Program-made: the position numbers and the translations under genes
The notes under the pieces: generated by a model
Told to the model about the DNA's origin: nothing
The model's input: the letters and a program-made list of their open reading frames with translations, nothing else
The model's database searches: none
IMG/VR virus record: IMGVR_UViG_3300034102_002694
Span: 1-61,727 of that record
Length of the DNA stretch: 61,727 bases
From: a virus
Lineage: Duplodnaviria; Caudoviricetes
Direction: 5' to 3' (one strand)
Shown: positions 26,125 to 36,392 of the stretch, piece after piece
Layout of the letters: each line of letters starts with the position of its first letter
Numbering within the stretch: position 1 is the first letter of the stretch

Positions 26125-26976
26125 ATGCCAGTTTCTATAATATCCGCATGTAAAAATAGAAAAAAACCTTTAGCCATATCTATGGCTTCATGGATGCAAT
26201 TTGATGAGGTTGATGAGATAATAGTAACCAATTGGAATTCTGATGAACCTATAGATCATTTAACTATACTAAGTAAAAAAGTAAAGATAATTAATGTAAA
26301 AAATGAACCATATTTTAATCAACCTCAACCATTAAACTTAGCCGCATCTTTAGTTAAAAGTGACTATATTTTGAAATTGGATTGCGATCATGTACTAAAT
26401 CCATATTTCAACTTTTTTGATTTTCATGATATTAAAGAAAATTCTTTTATATCTGGATCAAATAAGTTATTGGAAGGAATGGATTTTCATTTTTTACATC
26501 CCCTTTGGGGACTATTATATGTAAAGACCGAAGTTTTTAAAAAAGTCGGTGGATATAATGAAAATATGGGTAAGTACTATGCAGTAGAAGATGATGAATT
26601 GGCTGTGAGATTGATATCATATGGTCTTAATCCAATACTAATAGATAGTCAAAAATTATCCGCTTTGCATATTCCACATTCCAATAAAGATAGAGTAAAA
26701 AATTTCGAATCATTCGAGAGTATAACTAAAATTTTAAGTGAATTTGGGAAAGATTTTCTAGGAGATGATCTTTATACTTATATGTCAAAATTATGTAAAG
26801 ATAAAAATCACAATGTTTATCCTATATCTGCTAGAATGATGGAAATACTTGACTTGCAGGAGAAGAACAAATACAGTGAGAAAATAGAAATAGATGTAGA
26901 TTGGTATTCAGAACCACTCTACAAATGGGATATAACCCAAATAAACGATCAAATATATGAAGCAGTTAAGATATGA
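26125..26976 (+). CDS. GT-A glycosyltransferase (GT2/GT7-C galactosyltransferase-like), paralog A
   Basis: SIISACKNR, ILKLDCD (DxD), GGYNENM..YAVEDDE, H.PH. Confidence 0.8.
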   Translation: MPVSIISACKNRKKPLAISMASWMQFDEVDEIIVTNWNSDEPIDHLTILSKKVKIINVKNEPYFNQPQPLNLAASLVKSDYILKLDCDHVLNPYFNFFDFHDIKENSFISGSNKLLEGMDFHFLHPLWGLLYVKTEVFKKVGGYNENMGKYYAVEDDELAVRLISYGLNPILIDSQKLSALHIPHSNKDRVKNFESFESITKILSEFGKDFLGDDLYTYMSKLCKDKNHNVYPISARMMEILDLQEKNKYSEKIEIDVDWYSEPLYKWDITQINDQIYEAVKI

Positions 26977-27827
26977 GTATTTCTATAATATCTGCATGTA
27001 AAAACAGAGGTGAGGCTTTAGCCGTATCCATAAGTTCATGGATACAATTTGATGAGGTCGATGAAGTAATAGTAACAGATTGGAATTCTGATATTCCAGT
27101 AAACCACCTAACTCGATTAGATAGTAGAATTAAAATTATTACTGTTCCAAGGGAACCATATTTTAATCAACCTCAACCATTAAACTTAGCCGCATCTTTA
27201 GTTAAAAGTGACTATATTTTGAAATTGGATTCAGATACAGTTATGAATCCATATTTCAACTTTTTTGATCATCATACTATTGATGATCAATCATTTTTAA
27301 CTGGTACTGATGAATCATGGCACTTCACTAATTTAAAAGCTGATCCTAAACATGTTTACCAGAACTATAAGTATCTCAAACCTCTTTGGGGTACTTTATA
27401 CATAACAAGAGAAAATTATTTCAAAATTGGTGGATATAATGAAAACATGAATAAATTTGCAGCTTGGGAAGATACTGAAATATATGAAAGGTTATTGCTT
27501 TTAGGTTTGAATCATGTGAATATTAAATTCAATGAAAAAACCCTTTTTTCATTACCACACTTAACTAAAAAAAGAGTGGAAGAGTTCCAAGCTTATAATG
27601 AAAACAAATATTTGGAAGTAACAATTAGAGATCACATTAAAAAATATAATAATGTTGATGATGACAATGTTGTACATAAACTAATTCTAGAAAAACATAA
27701 TAGATTTAATTATAAAAAATTTAAACTAAAAGAAGATAGTAGTTATTATGTAAAACCCGTGGTAGAATGGGATATCCAACAAGTTTCTTCCCAACGTTAT
27801 ATTGCTAAAAAAATACACAATAAATAA
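26973..27827 (+). CDS. GT-A glycosyltransferase (GT2/GT7-C-like), paralog B
   Basis: SIISACKNR, DWNS, ILKLDSD, GGYNENM..FAAWEDTE..ERL. Confidence 0.8.
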   Translation: MSISIISACKNRGEALAVSISSWIQFDEVDEVIVTDWNSDIPVNHLTRLDSRIKIITVPREPYFNQPQPLNLAASLVKSDYILKLDSDTVMNPYFNFFDHHTIDDQSFLTGTDESWHFTNLKADPKHVYQNYKYLKPLWGTLYITRENYFKIGGYNENMNKFAAWEDTEIYERLLLLGLNHVNIKFNEKTLFSLPHLTKKRVEEFQAYNENKYLEVTIRDHIKKYNNVDDDNVVHKLILEKHNRFNYKKFKLKEDSSYYVKPVVEWDIQQVSSQRYIAKKIHNK

Positions 27828-27852
27828 ATTATACTTGAATTTTATTAATTAA

Positions 27853-28101
27853 ATGGCGACTTATCCTGTTATTAACAACACCACTGGTGAGCAGAAAGAA
27901 GTGATCATGAGTGTTCACGACTGGTCTCAGTGGAAGCAAGATAATCCGGACTGGGAGAGAGATTGGAGTGATCCATCTACTTGTCCTGGTTCGGGTGAAG
28001 TAGGCGAGTGGAAAGACAAACTCATCTCCAGAAATCCAGGCTGGAATGATGTTCTCACTAAAGCCGGAAAAGCTCCTGGTTCTCGCGTAAAGAAAATCTA
28101 A
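27853..28101 (+). CDS. Conserved cyanophage protein upstream of phoH
   Basis: MATYPV.N..TGEQKE..MSV..W..W...NP.W.RDW...GEW.DKL. Confidence 0.7.
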   Translation: MATYPVINNTTGEQKEVIMSVHDWSQWKQDNPDWERDWSDPSTCPGSGEVGEWKDKLISRNPGWNDVLTKAGKAPGSRVKKI

Positions 28102-28860
28102 ATGGCAAGACAAAGAAAAACATCTAACGGCAACATTGGGATTGGTATGAGCGCAAAACAATTGCGTCGTAAAAAACCAATCAATTCTGAATCTATGGTG
28201 GATATTTCTCCACTTACAGACAATCAAAAACTCTTTTTTGATGAGTATAAAAAAGGTAGAAATGTTTTTGCTTACGGTGCTGCAGGTACAGGTAAAACAT
28301 TTGTAGGTCTTTATCTTGCACTCAAAGATGTTCTTGATGAGAGAACGCCTTATGAGAAAGTTTATATCGTAAGGTCTCTCGTCTCTACTCGGGAAATTGG
28401 TTTCCTTCCAGGAGATCATGAAGATAAATCTTCTTTGTATCAAATTCCTTATAAAAACATGTGTAAGTACATGTTTGAGTTGCCTTCAGATTCTGATTTT
28501 GAAATGCTTTATGGAAACCTTAAAGGTCAAGAAACTATTTCATTCTGGTCAACTAGTTTTATTCGTGGTACTACTCTCGACAACGCAATTGTATTGGTCG
28601 ATGAGATGCAAAACTTGAACTTTCACGAATTGGATAGTATAATTACTCGTATCGGTGAAAATAGTAAGATCGTATTTTGTGGTGATGCTACTCAATCAGA
28701 TCTTGTTAAAACCCATGAAAAAAATGGGATTCTTGATTTTATGAAAATTATTCGTGCAATGGAATATGATTTTTCTATGATAGAATTTGGAGTTGATGAT
28801 ATTGTTCGTTCTGGACTTGTCAAAAACTATATTGTTACTAAATTGTCTTTAGGTATGTAA
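28102..28860 (+). CDS. phoH: PhoH-family ATPase
   Basis: GAAGTGKT, REIGFLPG, SFIRG.T, DEMQN, GD..QSDL, DIVRSGLV. Confidence 0.96.
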   Translation: MARQRKTSNGNIGIGMSAKQLRRKKPINSESMVDISPLTDNQKLFFDEYKKGRNVFAYGAAGTGKTFVGLYLALKDVLDERTPYEKVYIVRSLVSTREIGFLPGDHEDKSSLYQIPYKNMCKYMFELPSDSDFEMLYGNLKGQETISFWSTSFIRGTTLDNAIVLVDEMQNLNFHELDSIITRIGENSKIVFCGDATQSDLVKTHEKNGILDFMKIIRAMEYDFSMIEFGVDDIVRSGLVKNYIVTKLSLGM

Positions 28861-29540
28861 TGTTTGTTCATTTAGATTATTTAAAAGAAGAAGTTGATTT
28901 ACAAGCAGAAATGATTGAAGGGACTCGGTTTTATCGGGTCCCTTCTGGTAAGTTGTATCCTTCCATCACTTCTGTCACCAGTTTTTATGGTAGACAAAAA
29001 TTTATTGACTGGCGTAAGAAAGTTGGTGAGGAAGAAGCCAATAAGATCACTAAGGTTGCTACAGATCGTGGTACTAAGTTTCATGATATTGTAGAAAAGT
29101 ATTTGTTAAATGAAGATATTGACAAATATAAACCACTTCCTGTAACAAAGTTTCTCTTCCTTGCGGCTAAACCATATCTAGATCGTATAAATAATATACA
29201 TGCTTTAGAAAAGTCACTTTATAGTGACTACTTGGGACTTGCGGGCAGAGTTGATTGCATCGCTGAGTACGAGGGAGAGCTCGCAGTTATTGACTTCAAG
29301 ACTTCAAAGAAAATAAAACCTGAAGAATGGATTGAAAACTATTTTGTCCAGGAAACAGCATATGCTTGCATGTATTATGAAATGACTGGTATTCCAGTCC
29401 AAAAATTGATTACTATTATGGTCGCTGACAATGGAGAATGCTTCGTCTATGAAAAACGCAACAAGGATCACTATATTAAACTTCTTACCAAATACATTAG
29501 AGAATACGTCACTCATAAAACAGGAACCCATGCAGAATAA
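28860..29540 (+). CDS. PD-(D/E)XK exonuclease (T4-like exonuclease A / Cas4-like)
   Basis: YPSITSV, RGT.FH, E..L...LAGRVDCI, IDFKTS, YFVQ..AY. Confidence 0.9.
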   Translation: MFVHLDYLKEEVDLQAEMIEGTRFYRVPSGKLYPSITSVTSFYGRQKFIDWRKKVGEEEANKITKVATDRGTKFHDIVEKYLLNEDIDKYKPLPVTKFLFLAAKPYLDRINNIHALEKSLYSDYLGLAGRVDCIAEYEGELAVIDFKTSKKIKPEEWIENYFVQETAYACMYYEMTGIPVQKLITIMVADNGECFVYEKRNKDHYIKLLTKYIREYVTHKTGTHAE

Positions 29541-29793
29541 CGCTGAAGACGTAAATTCACTTATAAAAGAAAAGTTTCTCTGTCAGTCTAAGTTTGCACA
29601 GGATATTGAATATCTAGTATCGACTTCAAAAATCAATTATATTGAAGCCATCGTCACATATTGTGAAGAAAATAGTATTGAATTTGAATCTGTTTCAAAA
29701 CTTATTTCGAAACCGTTAAAAGAGAAACTTAAATACGAAGCAACTCAATTAAACTTTCTCAAAAAAACAAGTCGTGCTAAATTGATGTTCTGA
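29530..29793 (+). CDS. gp33: Late transcription co-activator gp33
   Basis: F...IE......NYIEAIV.YCEEN.IE.ESV.KLISKPLKEKL..EA..LNFL; synteny before gp59. Confidence 0.88.
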   Translation: MQNNAEDVNSLIKEKFLCQSKFAQDIEYLVSTSKINYIEAIVTYCEENSIEFESVSKLISKPLKEKLKYEATQLNFLKKTSRAKLMF

Positions 29794-30383
29794 TGACGCC
29801 AATAGAGGTATACAAAACGTACCTGGCATTCAAGAATCATTTCACTAAACCAAACTACGATTACTTCCAATATTGCGGAAAGTCCAGAGCTTCAAAGGAA
29901 TCCTTCAACAAAAGGAAAGATCGTTACTTCTTTGAACGCATGTCTCGACAAAAATCTGATGATGAGATCCGTCAATACTTCTTGGCTAATTTTGTAGAAT
30001 GTGATGATCCTGCTAAACTTTGGATCGGTGAAATCATTGAGTCAGGTGAAAAAAATTATTCAAACTGGGTGAAAAGATCTCAAAGCCTCTTCTATCTCTT
30101 CAAGACAGAGGCTGAGATTTTTATTCACAAGGATAACTTCAATGAATTATTTGAAGTTAATGGATCATCTCACCCAGAAATCCTTAAAAAGTATTTACAA
30201 AATGTTATATCCATAGAAACTTTTGTGATCATAGATATGATCCTTAATTTTTCTAAAAAATTTGATAAAAAACTCTTAGATCCTGTGTGGGAATCCGTCA
30301 GTTTACGCATCAAAAAATACAAATCATTCCTAAATATTGATAAGGAAAAGTACACACAGACACTAAAGGAGATTGTATTGTGA
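29793..30383 (+). CDS. gp59: Helicase loader gp59
   Basis: Y..YLA.KNHF....YDY..Y.GK......F.KRKDRYFF. Confidence 0.92.
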   Translation: MTPIEVYKTYLAFKNHFTKPNYDYFQYCGKSRASKESFNKRKDRYFFERMSRQKSDDEIRQYFLANFVECDDPAKLWIGEIIESGEKNYSNWVKRSQSLFYLFKTEAEIFIHKDNFNELFEVNGSSHPEILKKYLQNVISIETFVIIDMILNFSKKFDKKLLDPVWESVSLRIKKYKSFLNIDKEKYTQTLKEIVL

Positions 30384-30784
30384 GTGAATTTTTTCTATCA
30401 GAGGGTGAAAAACTTAAACAAATTCTGAATACTGTCAAAAATTTTGTGAGTTCTAATAATAATAGTATTAGATCTACCCAATACTACATATCATTGGGTG
30501 ATAAAAAACTTCTACAAGTTATTGAAGAAACTTTAAATGATTCTCATATAGATGAGGAACAAAAAAAAGAACATATAGATCTGATGAAAACTTTTTTGGA
30601 GAAAAAGAAGAATATTTACTCCCACCTCTCTTCTTCAAATGATCCAGAATCACTTGAAATGAAAAACGCAATTGAAGAAGCTGCTAAATCCTTTGGTTTT
30701 ACTGGAAATAATACTAATGATATATTTTTATTAGAGTTGGAAAATACTCTAGAAAGACTAGAAAAAAAGGAGATTACATTGTGA
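30380..30784 (+). CDS. Diverged paralog of the downstream DUF1825-like gene
   Basis: Shares KEHIDLMKTFLEKKKNIY.HLS.S.DPESLEMK..IEEAA...GF.GNN with the next ORF. Confidence 0.6.
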   Translation: MSEFFLSEGEKLKQILNTVKNFVSSNNNSIRSTQYYISLGDKKLLQVIEETLNDSHIDEEQKKEHIDLMKTFLEKKKNIYSHLSSSNDPESLEMKNAIEEAAKSFGFTGNNTNDIFLLELENTLERLEKKEITL

Positions 30785-31110
30785 GTGGATTTTTTCAATC
30801 CGAAATTGTGAGGGAAACCATCAAAGAGATGGAAGAACTTCAAAACCGTATTATTCAAGATACTTTCAAAGCACCGATTATGAGTCGGGAAGAAAAGAAA
30901 GATCATGTTGAACTCATGAGAACTTTTCTAGAGAAACAGAAGAACTTATACTTCCGACTCTCACTTTCAGATGACCCAGAAGCACTAGAGATGAAAGAAA
31001 GAATCCAAGAAGCTGCAGAGTTTCTTGGATTTAAAGGTAATAATGTTAATGAGTTATTTACCGAAATGGAAAACACTCTCAAAAGACTAGATAAAATCGC
31101 AGATATGTAA
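30781..31110 (+). CDS. DUF1825-like cyanophage protein
   Basis: FFQSEIV....EM.ELQ...LEKQK..YFRLSLSDDPEA..MK; conserved slot between gp59 and gp32. Confidence 0.7.
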   Translation: MSGFFQSEIVRETIKEMEELQNRIIQDTFKAPIMSREEKKDHVELMRTFLEKQKNLYFRLSLSDDPEALEMKERIQEAAEFLGFKGNNVNELFTEMENTLKRLDKIADM

Positions 31111-31111
31111 G

Positions 31112-31381
31112 ATGTCCTATCACTACAAGATCACCTCTCAATATTGTTACCACAATGGTGAAATTGTAGATATGTATTTCATCAATGGAATTCCTTTTAC
31201 CTTTGATGATATTCCATTAATTATGCAGGAAGATCCTTATATTCAAATAGAAGCGGAAAATAATGAGTATTATACAACAGAGGATATGTATAGGTGGTCA
31301 AATTATCTGATTGACGAAATGTGTCATCCACTTCTTTTTGAGTTGGCTCTGGAAAATCCAGAAGAAATGCCGAAAGATTGA
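31112..31381 (+). CDS. Conserved cyanophage hypothetical protein
   Basis: IV.MYFINGIPFTFD...YL..E.CHP. Confidence 0.65.
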   Translation: MSYHYKITSQYCYHNGEIVDMYFINGIPFTFDDIPLIMQEDPYIQIEAENNEYYTTEDMYRWSNYLIDEMCHPLLFELALENPEEMPKD

Positions 31382-31394
31382 TACAAATTTTGGC

Positions 31395-31423
31395 TTGACA
31401 ACCATTCCTACCCAGTGTAGGAT
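31395..31423 (+). promoter_or_regulatory. Sigma70-type promoter of gp32
   Basis: TTGACA-17-TAGGAT. Confidence 0.75.
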
Positions 31424-31467
31424 AAAGTCGTCCCAAAGGCCAAATACACTCAATACGGAGAATACAA

Positions 31468-32391
31468 ATGTCTTTTGCTGATCTCAAGAAACAGTCCCGT
31501 GCTGGTTCACTGACTGAAAAACTGATCAAACAAGTCGAAAAACTGAATAGTGGAGAATCTGGTGGCGATGACCGCTTCTGGAAACCTGAAGTTGATAAAG
31601 CCGGAAATGGTTATGCGGTAATCCGATTCCTCCCTGCACCCGAAGGATGTGAACTTCCTTGGGCTCAAGTCTGGAGTCATGCATTCCAAGGCCCTGGTGG
31701 GTGGTACATTGAGAACTCTCTGACCACAATGGGACAAAAGGATCCTGTGTCTGAACACAATCGTGTTCTGTGGAACTCTGGATCTGATCGTGATAAAGAA
31801 ATTGCTCGTAAACAGAAACGCAAACTGTCGTACTACGCAAACATTTATGTGGTAAGTGATCCTGCACACCCCGAGAATGAGGGTCGTGTGTTCCTCTACA
31901 AGTTCGGTAAGAAGATCTATGATAAGATTACCGAAGCAATGCAACCTCAATTTGCAGATGAAGAAGCTATCAATCCTTTTGACTTCTGGACTGGTGCTAA
32001 CTTCAAACTGAAGATTCGCAAGGTTGAAGGTTATTGGAACTACGATAAGTCTGAGTTTGACAAGTCCTCTACCCTTATGGATGATGATGACAAACTGGAA
32101 CGTATCTACAAGAACCTGAACGATCTGAATGAGTTTGCTGCTGCATCAAACTTCAAGTCCTATGATGAACTGAAGAAGCGTTTGGATTATGTTCTGGGTG
32201 CAAAAGCGCCTGCACGACAGGATCCTGAGACCATTGAAGAGGATGAACAGTGGGAAGCAGAACGCCGTGGTGAATCCACTCCGAAACGTTCCGCTCCTTC
32301 CTTTGAGATTGCTCGTCCTGCAGTTCAGGAAGAAGATGATGAAGATGCAGATGATGCTCTGAGTTACTTCCAGAAACTCGCCGAGTCCTGA
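31468..32391 (+). CDS. gp32: Single-stranded DNA-binding protein gp32
   Basis: DDRFWK, GNGYAVIRFLP, HAFQGPGGWYIENSLTT, FLYKFGKKI, G.NFKLK, acidic tail. Confidence 0.97.
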   Translation: MSFADLKKQSRAGSLTEKLIKQVEKLNSGESGGDDRFWKPEVDKAGNGYAVIRFLPAPEGCELPWAQVWSHAFQGPGGWYIENSLTTMGQKDPVSEHNRVLWNSGSDRDKEIARKQKRKLSYYANIYVVSDPAHPENEGRVFLYKFGKKIYDKITEAMQPQFADEEAINPFDFWTGANFKLKIRKVEGYWNYDKSEFDKSSTLMDDDDKLERIYKNLNDLNEFAAASNFKSYDELKKRLDYVLGAKAPARQDPETIEEDEQWEAERRGESTPKRSAPSFEIARPAVQEEDDEDADDALSYFQKLAES

Positions 32392-32397
32392 TAAACT

Positions 32398-32427
32398 AAA
32401 AGGAGGGATATCACCCTCCTTTTTTTT
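32398..32427. terminator. Bidirectional terminator between convergent gp32 and gp53
   Basis: AAAAGGAGGG-atatca-CCCTCCTTTTTTT. Confidence 0.88.
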
Positions 32428-34756
32428 ATATTCTCATGATTTTTTCATTATAAGTGCGTTTAAGTTTATCATTAATATAATTTGGATCATCTTGATTATA
32501 CGTCATAATATTTCTAAGATCGTTAATAACTGCAGGTAAGTATTGTGGTTTTAGAATTATTAGTTTTCTTTTTTCCTCGTTTAATCTGGATTCATATTCA
32601 TAATTTGATATTGGCCTACAAAGTGAAGATCCGGGAATTCTAATTATAGAATTTGTGGTTGGATCAAAGTATTGAAACTCCTCTGTAATCTTTTCTTGCC
32701 ATTCTGTTCCGGTCCATCTCCATGTGGTTTGATTTTGATTATATAAACCACCAACTTCAACGTTTAAAATTTCTTCTGGTAAACTTACGGTAATTGTTGG
32801 CGTTGTAACGTAGTTTGTTCCCCCATCAATAATTTGAATGTTTCCTATACCAGTGTTTATTAATTGGAATGTTATTGTTGCTTTTCTAGATATCGGAGCA
32901 TTTTCAATAGACACGGTTGGAGCTGCAGTATATCCAAATCCAGTATTTGTTATAGTAATACTGGTAACAATTCCACTTGTTAAATTTGCTGTGCCTGTCG
33001 CGGTTACAGCAGGATATGGATTTCCAATAGTTATCGTTGGAGGTACTGTATAACCAACTCCTGAATTTGTAATATTAATATTACTGACAGATCCTCCAGT
33101 AACTTCTGCAACTCCTTTCGCTGTAGAAATCAAAGTATATTCAAATAATTTGTTACTTGGATCACCGCCTACTATAAATTTTTCATTATTAGGTTGTATA
33201 AAAATGTCACATGGTTCTCCGATTCTATCTCCAACATAAAAATCATATGCATAAGTTGCGGTGTTTAATTGCCACGATTGCAAATTAAATTCGTAAATAC
33301 TAGAACTGTCTTGACTTGTTGCAAACAACTTAGTTCCATTGGAATTAAAAGTAAATCCCAGAATGGAGTTATCTCCAGTAGTAGTCGTGATATTTAAACT
33401 ACTTATAGTTGATCCACTTCTTGTAGTAATATCCCAAGGAGTTCCAACAGAATATTCCCTGATTACATCAGGATTGGAAAAATCTAGAATAAAAACCCTA
33501 GTTCCATCAGGTTTAAATCGGATTCCACCAGGAGAAGCTATGGTGATTTGATTTAATTTTGTTGCAGTTGAAAGATTCCATGCAGTGGATAATCCATAAG
33601 ATACTATTTTATAGGATAATCCAACTCCACCAGTCACATACATGATAGTTCCATCTGGTTTAAATTCAACACCAGTCGTATAGTTAAAATCCGCACTTAC
33701 ATCTAGTTCATAAGTTAGTAAAATTGTATCAATACTCCAAACACTACTTAAAGTATATTGTTTAATTTGATTCGCACCAGTAAAACTGGCTGTATATAAG
33801 TAGTTTCCAGCATCATTTAGATAGAAACCCTCGATATTATTGCCTACTGCAATTGGTGATTCTTTATTATAGGATCCAACTATAGTTCTTGGAGATGGTG
33901 AAAATGTTACCGTTGGCGCTGTAAGACCATAACCAATTCCACCAACTAAATTTTTAATCGTTGTAACTTTATCAATATTAATTCCATCACCTAAGTCACA
34001 CTCAGCAGTTGATTGGACTGATTGAACTGGACTTGAGAATGTTACTTGTGGAGAGTTATTATATCCTTGACCCCCGACTATACTTACAATTGAAGATACT
34101 CTAAAATTACCAATCAAACAATTTGCTGAAGCATTACTAGTAATTGGTGGATTGGAAATGTCAATTGTCGGAATTTGCGTGTACCCTAGTCCAGCATTTG
34201 TAATTTGTATGGATTGTATGCTGTTACCAAAACCTACTATCGGAGTTAATACAGCTTGGGTTCCTGGAATATAAATTGGAGGAAATGTTATTCCAGGAGG
34301 TATTTCCTCCACACTCACATATTCTGGACTTTTGTAAAAAGCCTCATCAAGAACTACTCCAGCAGGAAAAACTTCTCTACCGAAAGTATCTCTTGTGGAA
34401 ATAGATTCATAATAACGAATTTCGGAAAAAGCATCTTCAGATCCATATTTTTCCAACATGTAGTTATTAAAATTATCAAGAGTTAATGGCCATTCATCCT
34501 GAACATTAATAATATTATTAGTAGTTAATATAACCCAATCTAATTCCGGATCACCATAAATTTTTTCCGCAATTTCATCTGGTCTTTCATTTTCAGTGAT
34601 TATATAATATTCAAAAGCTGCAGTTATTGTACTTACGTCTTCTCTAAGTTTGGCTCTTTTAAAAATATTTTTGACAATAAGTGTTTCATCATTAGATACT
34701 TCATTTTTTGTTCTATTCAGAACTTGAATATTTGGTAATTCTTTAAAGTACGTCAT
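32426..34756 (-). CDS. gp53: Baseplate wedge gp53-like protein with a large internal repeat/beta-propeller insertion
   Basis: N-term YF..LP...VKNIF.R, ERPD.IA...YG.PELDWV.L..N...WP; C-term SNYEYE...NEEKR.L..LKP.Y; about 500 aa extra in between. Confidence 0.8.
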   Translation of the reverse strand: MTYFKELPNIQVLNRTKNEVSNDETLIVKNIFKRAKLREDVSTITAAFEYYIITENERPDEIAEKIYGDPELDWVILTTNNIINVQDEWPLTLDNFNNYMLEKYGSEDAFSEIRYYESISTRDTFGREVFPAGVVLDEAFYKSPEYVSVEEIPPGITFPPIYIPGTQAVLTPIVGFGNSIQSIQITNAGLGYTQIPTIDISNPPITSNASANCLIGNFRVSSIVSIVGGQGYNNSPQVTFSSPVQSVQSTAECDLGDGINIDKVTTIKNLVGGIGYGLTAPTVTFSPSPRTIVGSYNKESPIAVGNNIEGFYLNDAGNYLYTASFTGANQIKQYTLSSVWSIDTILLTYELDVSADFNYTTGVEFKPDGTIMYVTGGVGLSYKIVSYGLSTAWNLSTATKLNQITIASPGGIRFKPDGTRVFILDFSNPDVIREYSVGTPWDITTRSGSTISSLNITTTTGDNSILGFTFNSNGTKLFATSQDSSSIYEFNLQSWQLNTATYAYDFYVGDRIGEPCDIFIQPNNEKFIVGGDPSNKLFEYTLISTAKGVAEVTGGSVSNINITNSGVGYTVPPTITIGNPYPAVTATGTANLTSGIVTSITITNTGFGYTAAPTVSIENAPISRKATITFQLINTGIGNIQIIDGGTNYVTTPTITVSLPEEILNVEVGGLYNQNQTTWRWTGTEWQEKITEEFQYFDPTTNSIIRIPGSSLCRPISNYEYESRLNEEKRKLIILKPQYLPAVINDLRNIMTYNQDDPNYINDKLKRTYNEKIMRI

Positions 34757-34757
34757 T

Positions 34758-36392
34758 TTAGTATCCTACTGAGTTCGAACTTACTGAAGATAAATCACCC
34801 CTATTCATAAGATCCACCTTACCAGTTTTACTATCAACACCAAAAATATTTCCTTCCTGATAATCGGTATCATAAATTGGTTCAAGTTCATCAAACATCA
34901 TTTGCATGGTAGTTGAAACTGGTTGACCTTTTTCATATGCAGCCCACAAACCATCAGGAGTATAATTACAACTAAAACTTTTTAATGCACAAGTTTTAAA
35001 TTTATTTACACCTGCAATTTCATTGGTTTTTCCATTCCTAAACTCTAACTTAAAAACATTTGGACTTCCCAAGAAAAAAGATGATTGTCCAGATTTACCT
35101 GACATTTTTTTAACTGACATCCCTTGTTTAAAAAATCTTATAATTTTTCTAACCATTGCAGCTTCTTCTGCACTTCTTGGGGATAATCTATAACTAAAGG
35201 TAAAACTTCTAAGTGTTGGTGCGTTAAATAATAATTCCAAATTTGAGTTTGGAACAATTCCCGCTCCTCTTGCTAGAATTGATTCTGCTTCAACACCTAT
35301 GCCTTGCATTTTTAATAATCTCGAAACTCCCTCACCTCCTATTAACATCGCTAGTTCTTCACTTACAGCTCCCTGTTTAATTAATTCAAATAGATTTTTA
35401 CCTAGAAGAGCGGATCCAGCACCTTTTTCCATTCCAGCACCAAGGAGACCTCCAATCGCTGCTCCACCTGCTGCAGTCAAAGCCGAAGCCTTAGCATTTC
35501 CCATTGTTTGTGCAGCAACTGCAGCCGCAATATTTCCCATTGAATCTTCACCCCAACTAACATTATTGCTATCCGCAACACTATTAGGCATGGGAAGAAA
35601 TACTGTTCCTATAATTTCAGATAAATTTGATACAGTTTGAATTCCTTTTGATAAAGTTTGAACGGCCTCAGCAGTGCCTCCAAAAATAGAACTAGCTTTA
35701 GATGGTCGATATCTGTATTGAGAAATTGCAAAATGATCTTGAAGACTTGTCATTAAATCTTCAGGATATTTCATTTCTCCACTAAACAGTCCTTTTTCGT
35801 TTTTTACTCCAAAGTTATCACCATTGACCGCAAAGTTTTTATAACTTTCAGCGGGATTCTGTAAGAACCCATACAAGGAACCTACTCCCCCGCCACCACC
35901 TACTCCTCCAGCAGCTGAAGAACTGGTTGATCCTGATCCACCACTACCAGGAATCGATCCTGAACCAGAAGCAACAGTAGCCGCATTAGTTATTCTTGTT
36001 TCACTATTATTTATTGTACTTGACCCACCTAATCCACCTACAGTTCCGGAAACGGCGTTTTCTGGTGTAACAGATGTTTGTCCAGGGGATCCGGTGGTAA
36101 AATTTTCAGCTGCCCATTGCGGTAATTTTGATCCTGACGTAACTCCACCAACTTTTCTATATGCTGACTGAACTGATATGATTGTTTGTGTATGTAACTG
36201 ACTTTTTTCGTTATCATTAAATCCTAATGACGTAGATGATACGTTCCATTGACCATCTTGATAGATTGGTTTTGTTCCTAAAGGAGCGTTTTGTTGAATA
36301 ATTTGAACATACCCAGTAACTGGTTCATATTGAAGATTATATGAAACACCGTTTTTAGTAACTAATGGGGTTTTAACGTTTGTATACGCCAC
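34758..36392 (-). CDS. gp48: Baseplate tail-tube cap gp48
   Basis: LPMP..V.DSN.V.W, NSN.ELLF..P.LRSFTF...L.PRS..EA..V..II..FK, NYTPDG, F.ELEP. Confidence 0.88.
   Translation of the reverse strand: MAYTNVKTPLVTKNGVSYNLQYEPVTGYVQIIQQNAPLGTKPIYQDGQWNVSSTSLGFNDNEKSQLHTQTIISVQSAYRKVGGVTSGSKLPQWAAENFTTGSPGQTSVTPENAVSGTVGGLGGSSTINNSETRITNAATVASGSGSIPGSGGSGSTSSSAAGGVGGGGGVGSLYGFLQNPAESYKNFAVNGDNFGVKNEKGLFSGEMKYPEDLMTSLQDHFAISQYRYRPSKASSIFGGTAEAVQTLSKGIQTVSNLSEIIGTVFLPMPNSVADSNNVSWGEDSMGNIAAAVAAQTMGNAKASALTAAGGAAIGGLLGAGMEKGAGSALLGKNLFELIKQGAVSEELAMLIGGEGVSRLLKMQGIGVEAESILARGAGIVPNSNLELLFNAPTLRSFTFSYRLSPRSAEEAAMVRKIIRFFKQGMSVKKMSGKSGQSSFFLGSPNVFKLEFRNGKTNEIAGVNKFKTCALKSFSCNYTPDGLWAAYEKGQPVSTTMQMMFDELEPIYDTDYQEGNIFGVDSKTGKVDLMNRGDLSSVSSNSVGY

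Noticed and set aside
28860-29540. Cas4-like nuclease suggesting CRISPR-Cas
   Set aside because: It occupies the usual T4-like core slot between phoH and gp33; I saw no repeat-spacer array or other cas genes.
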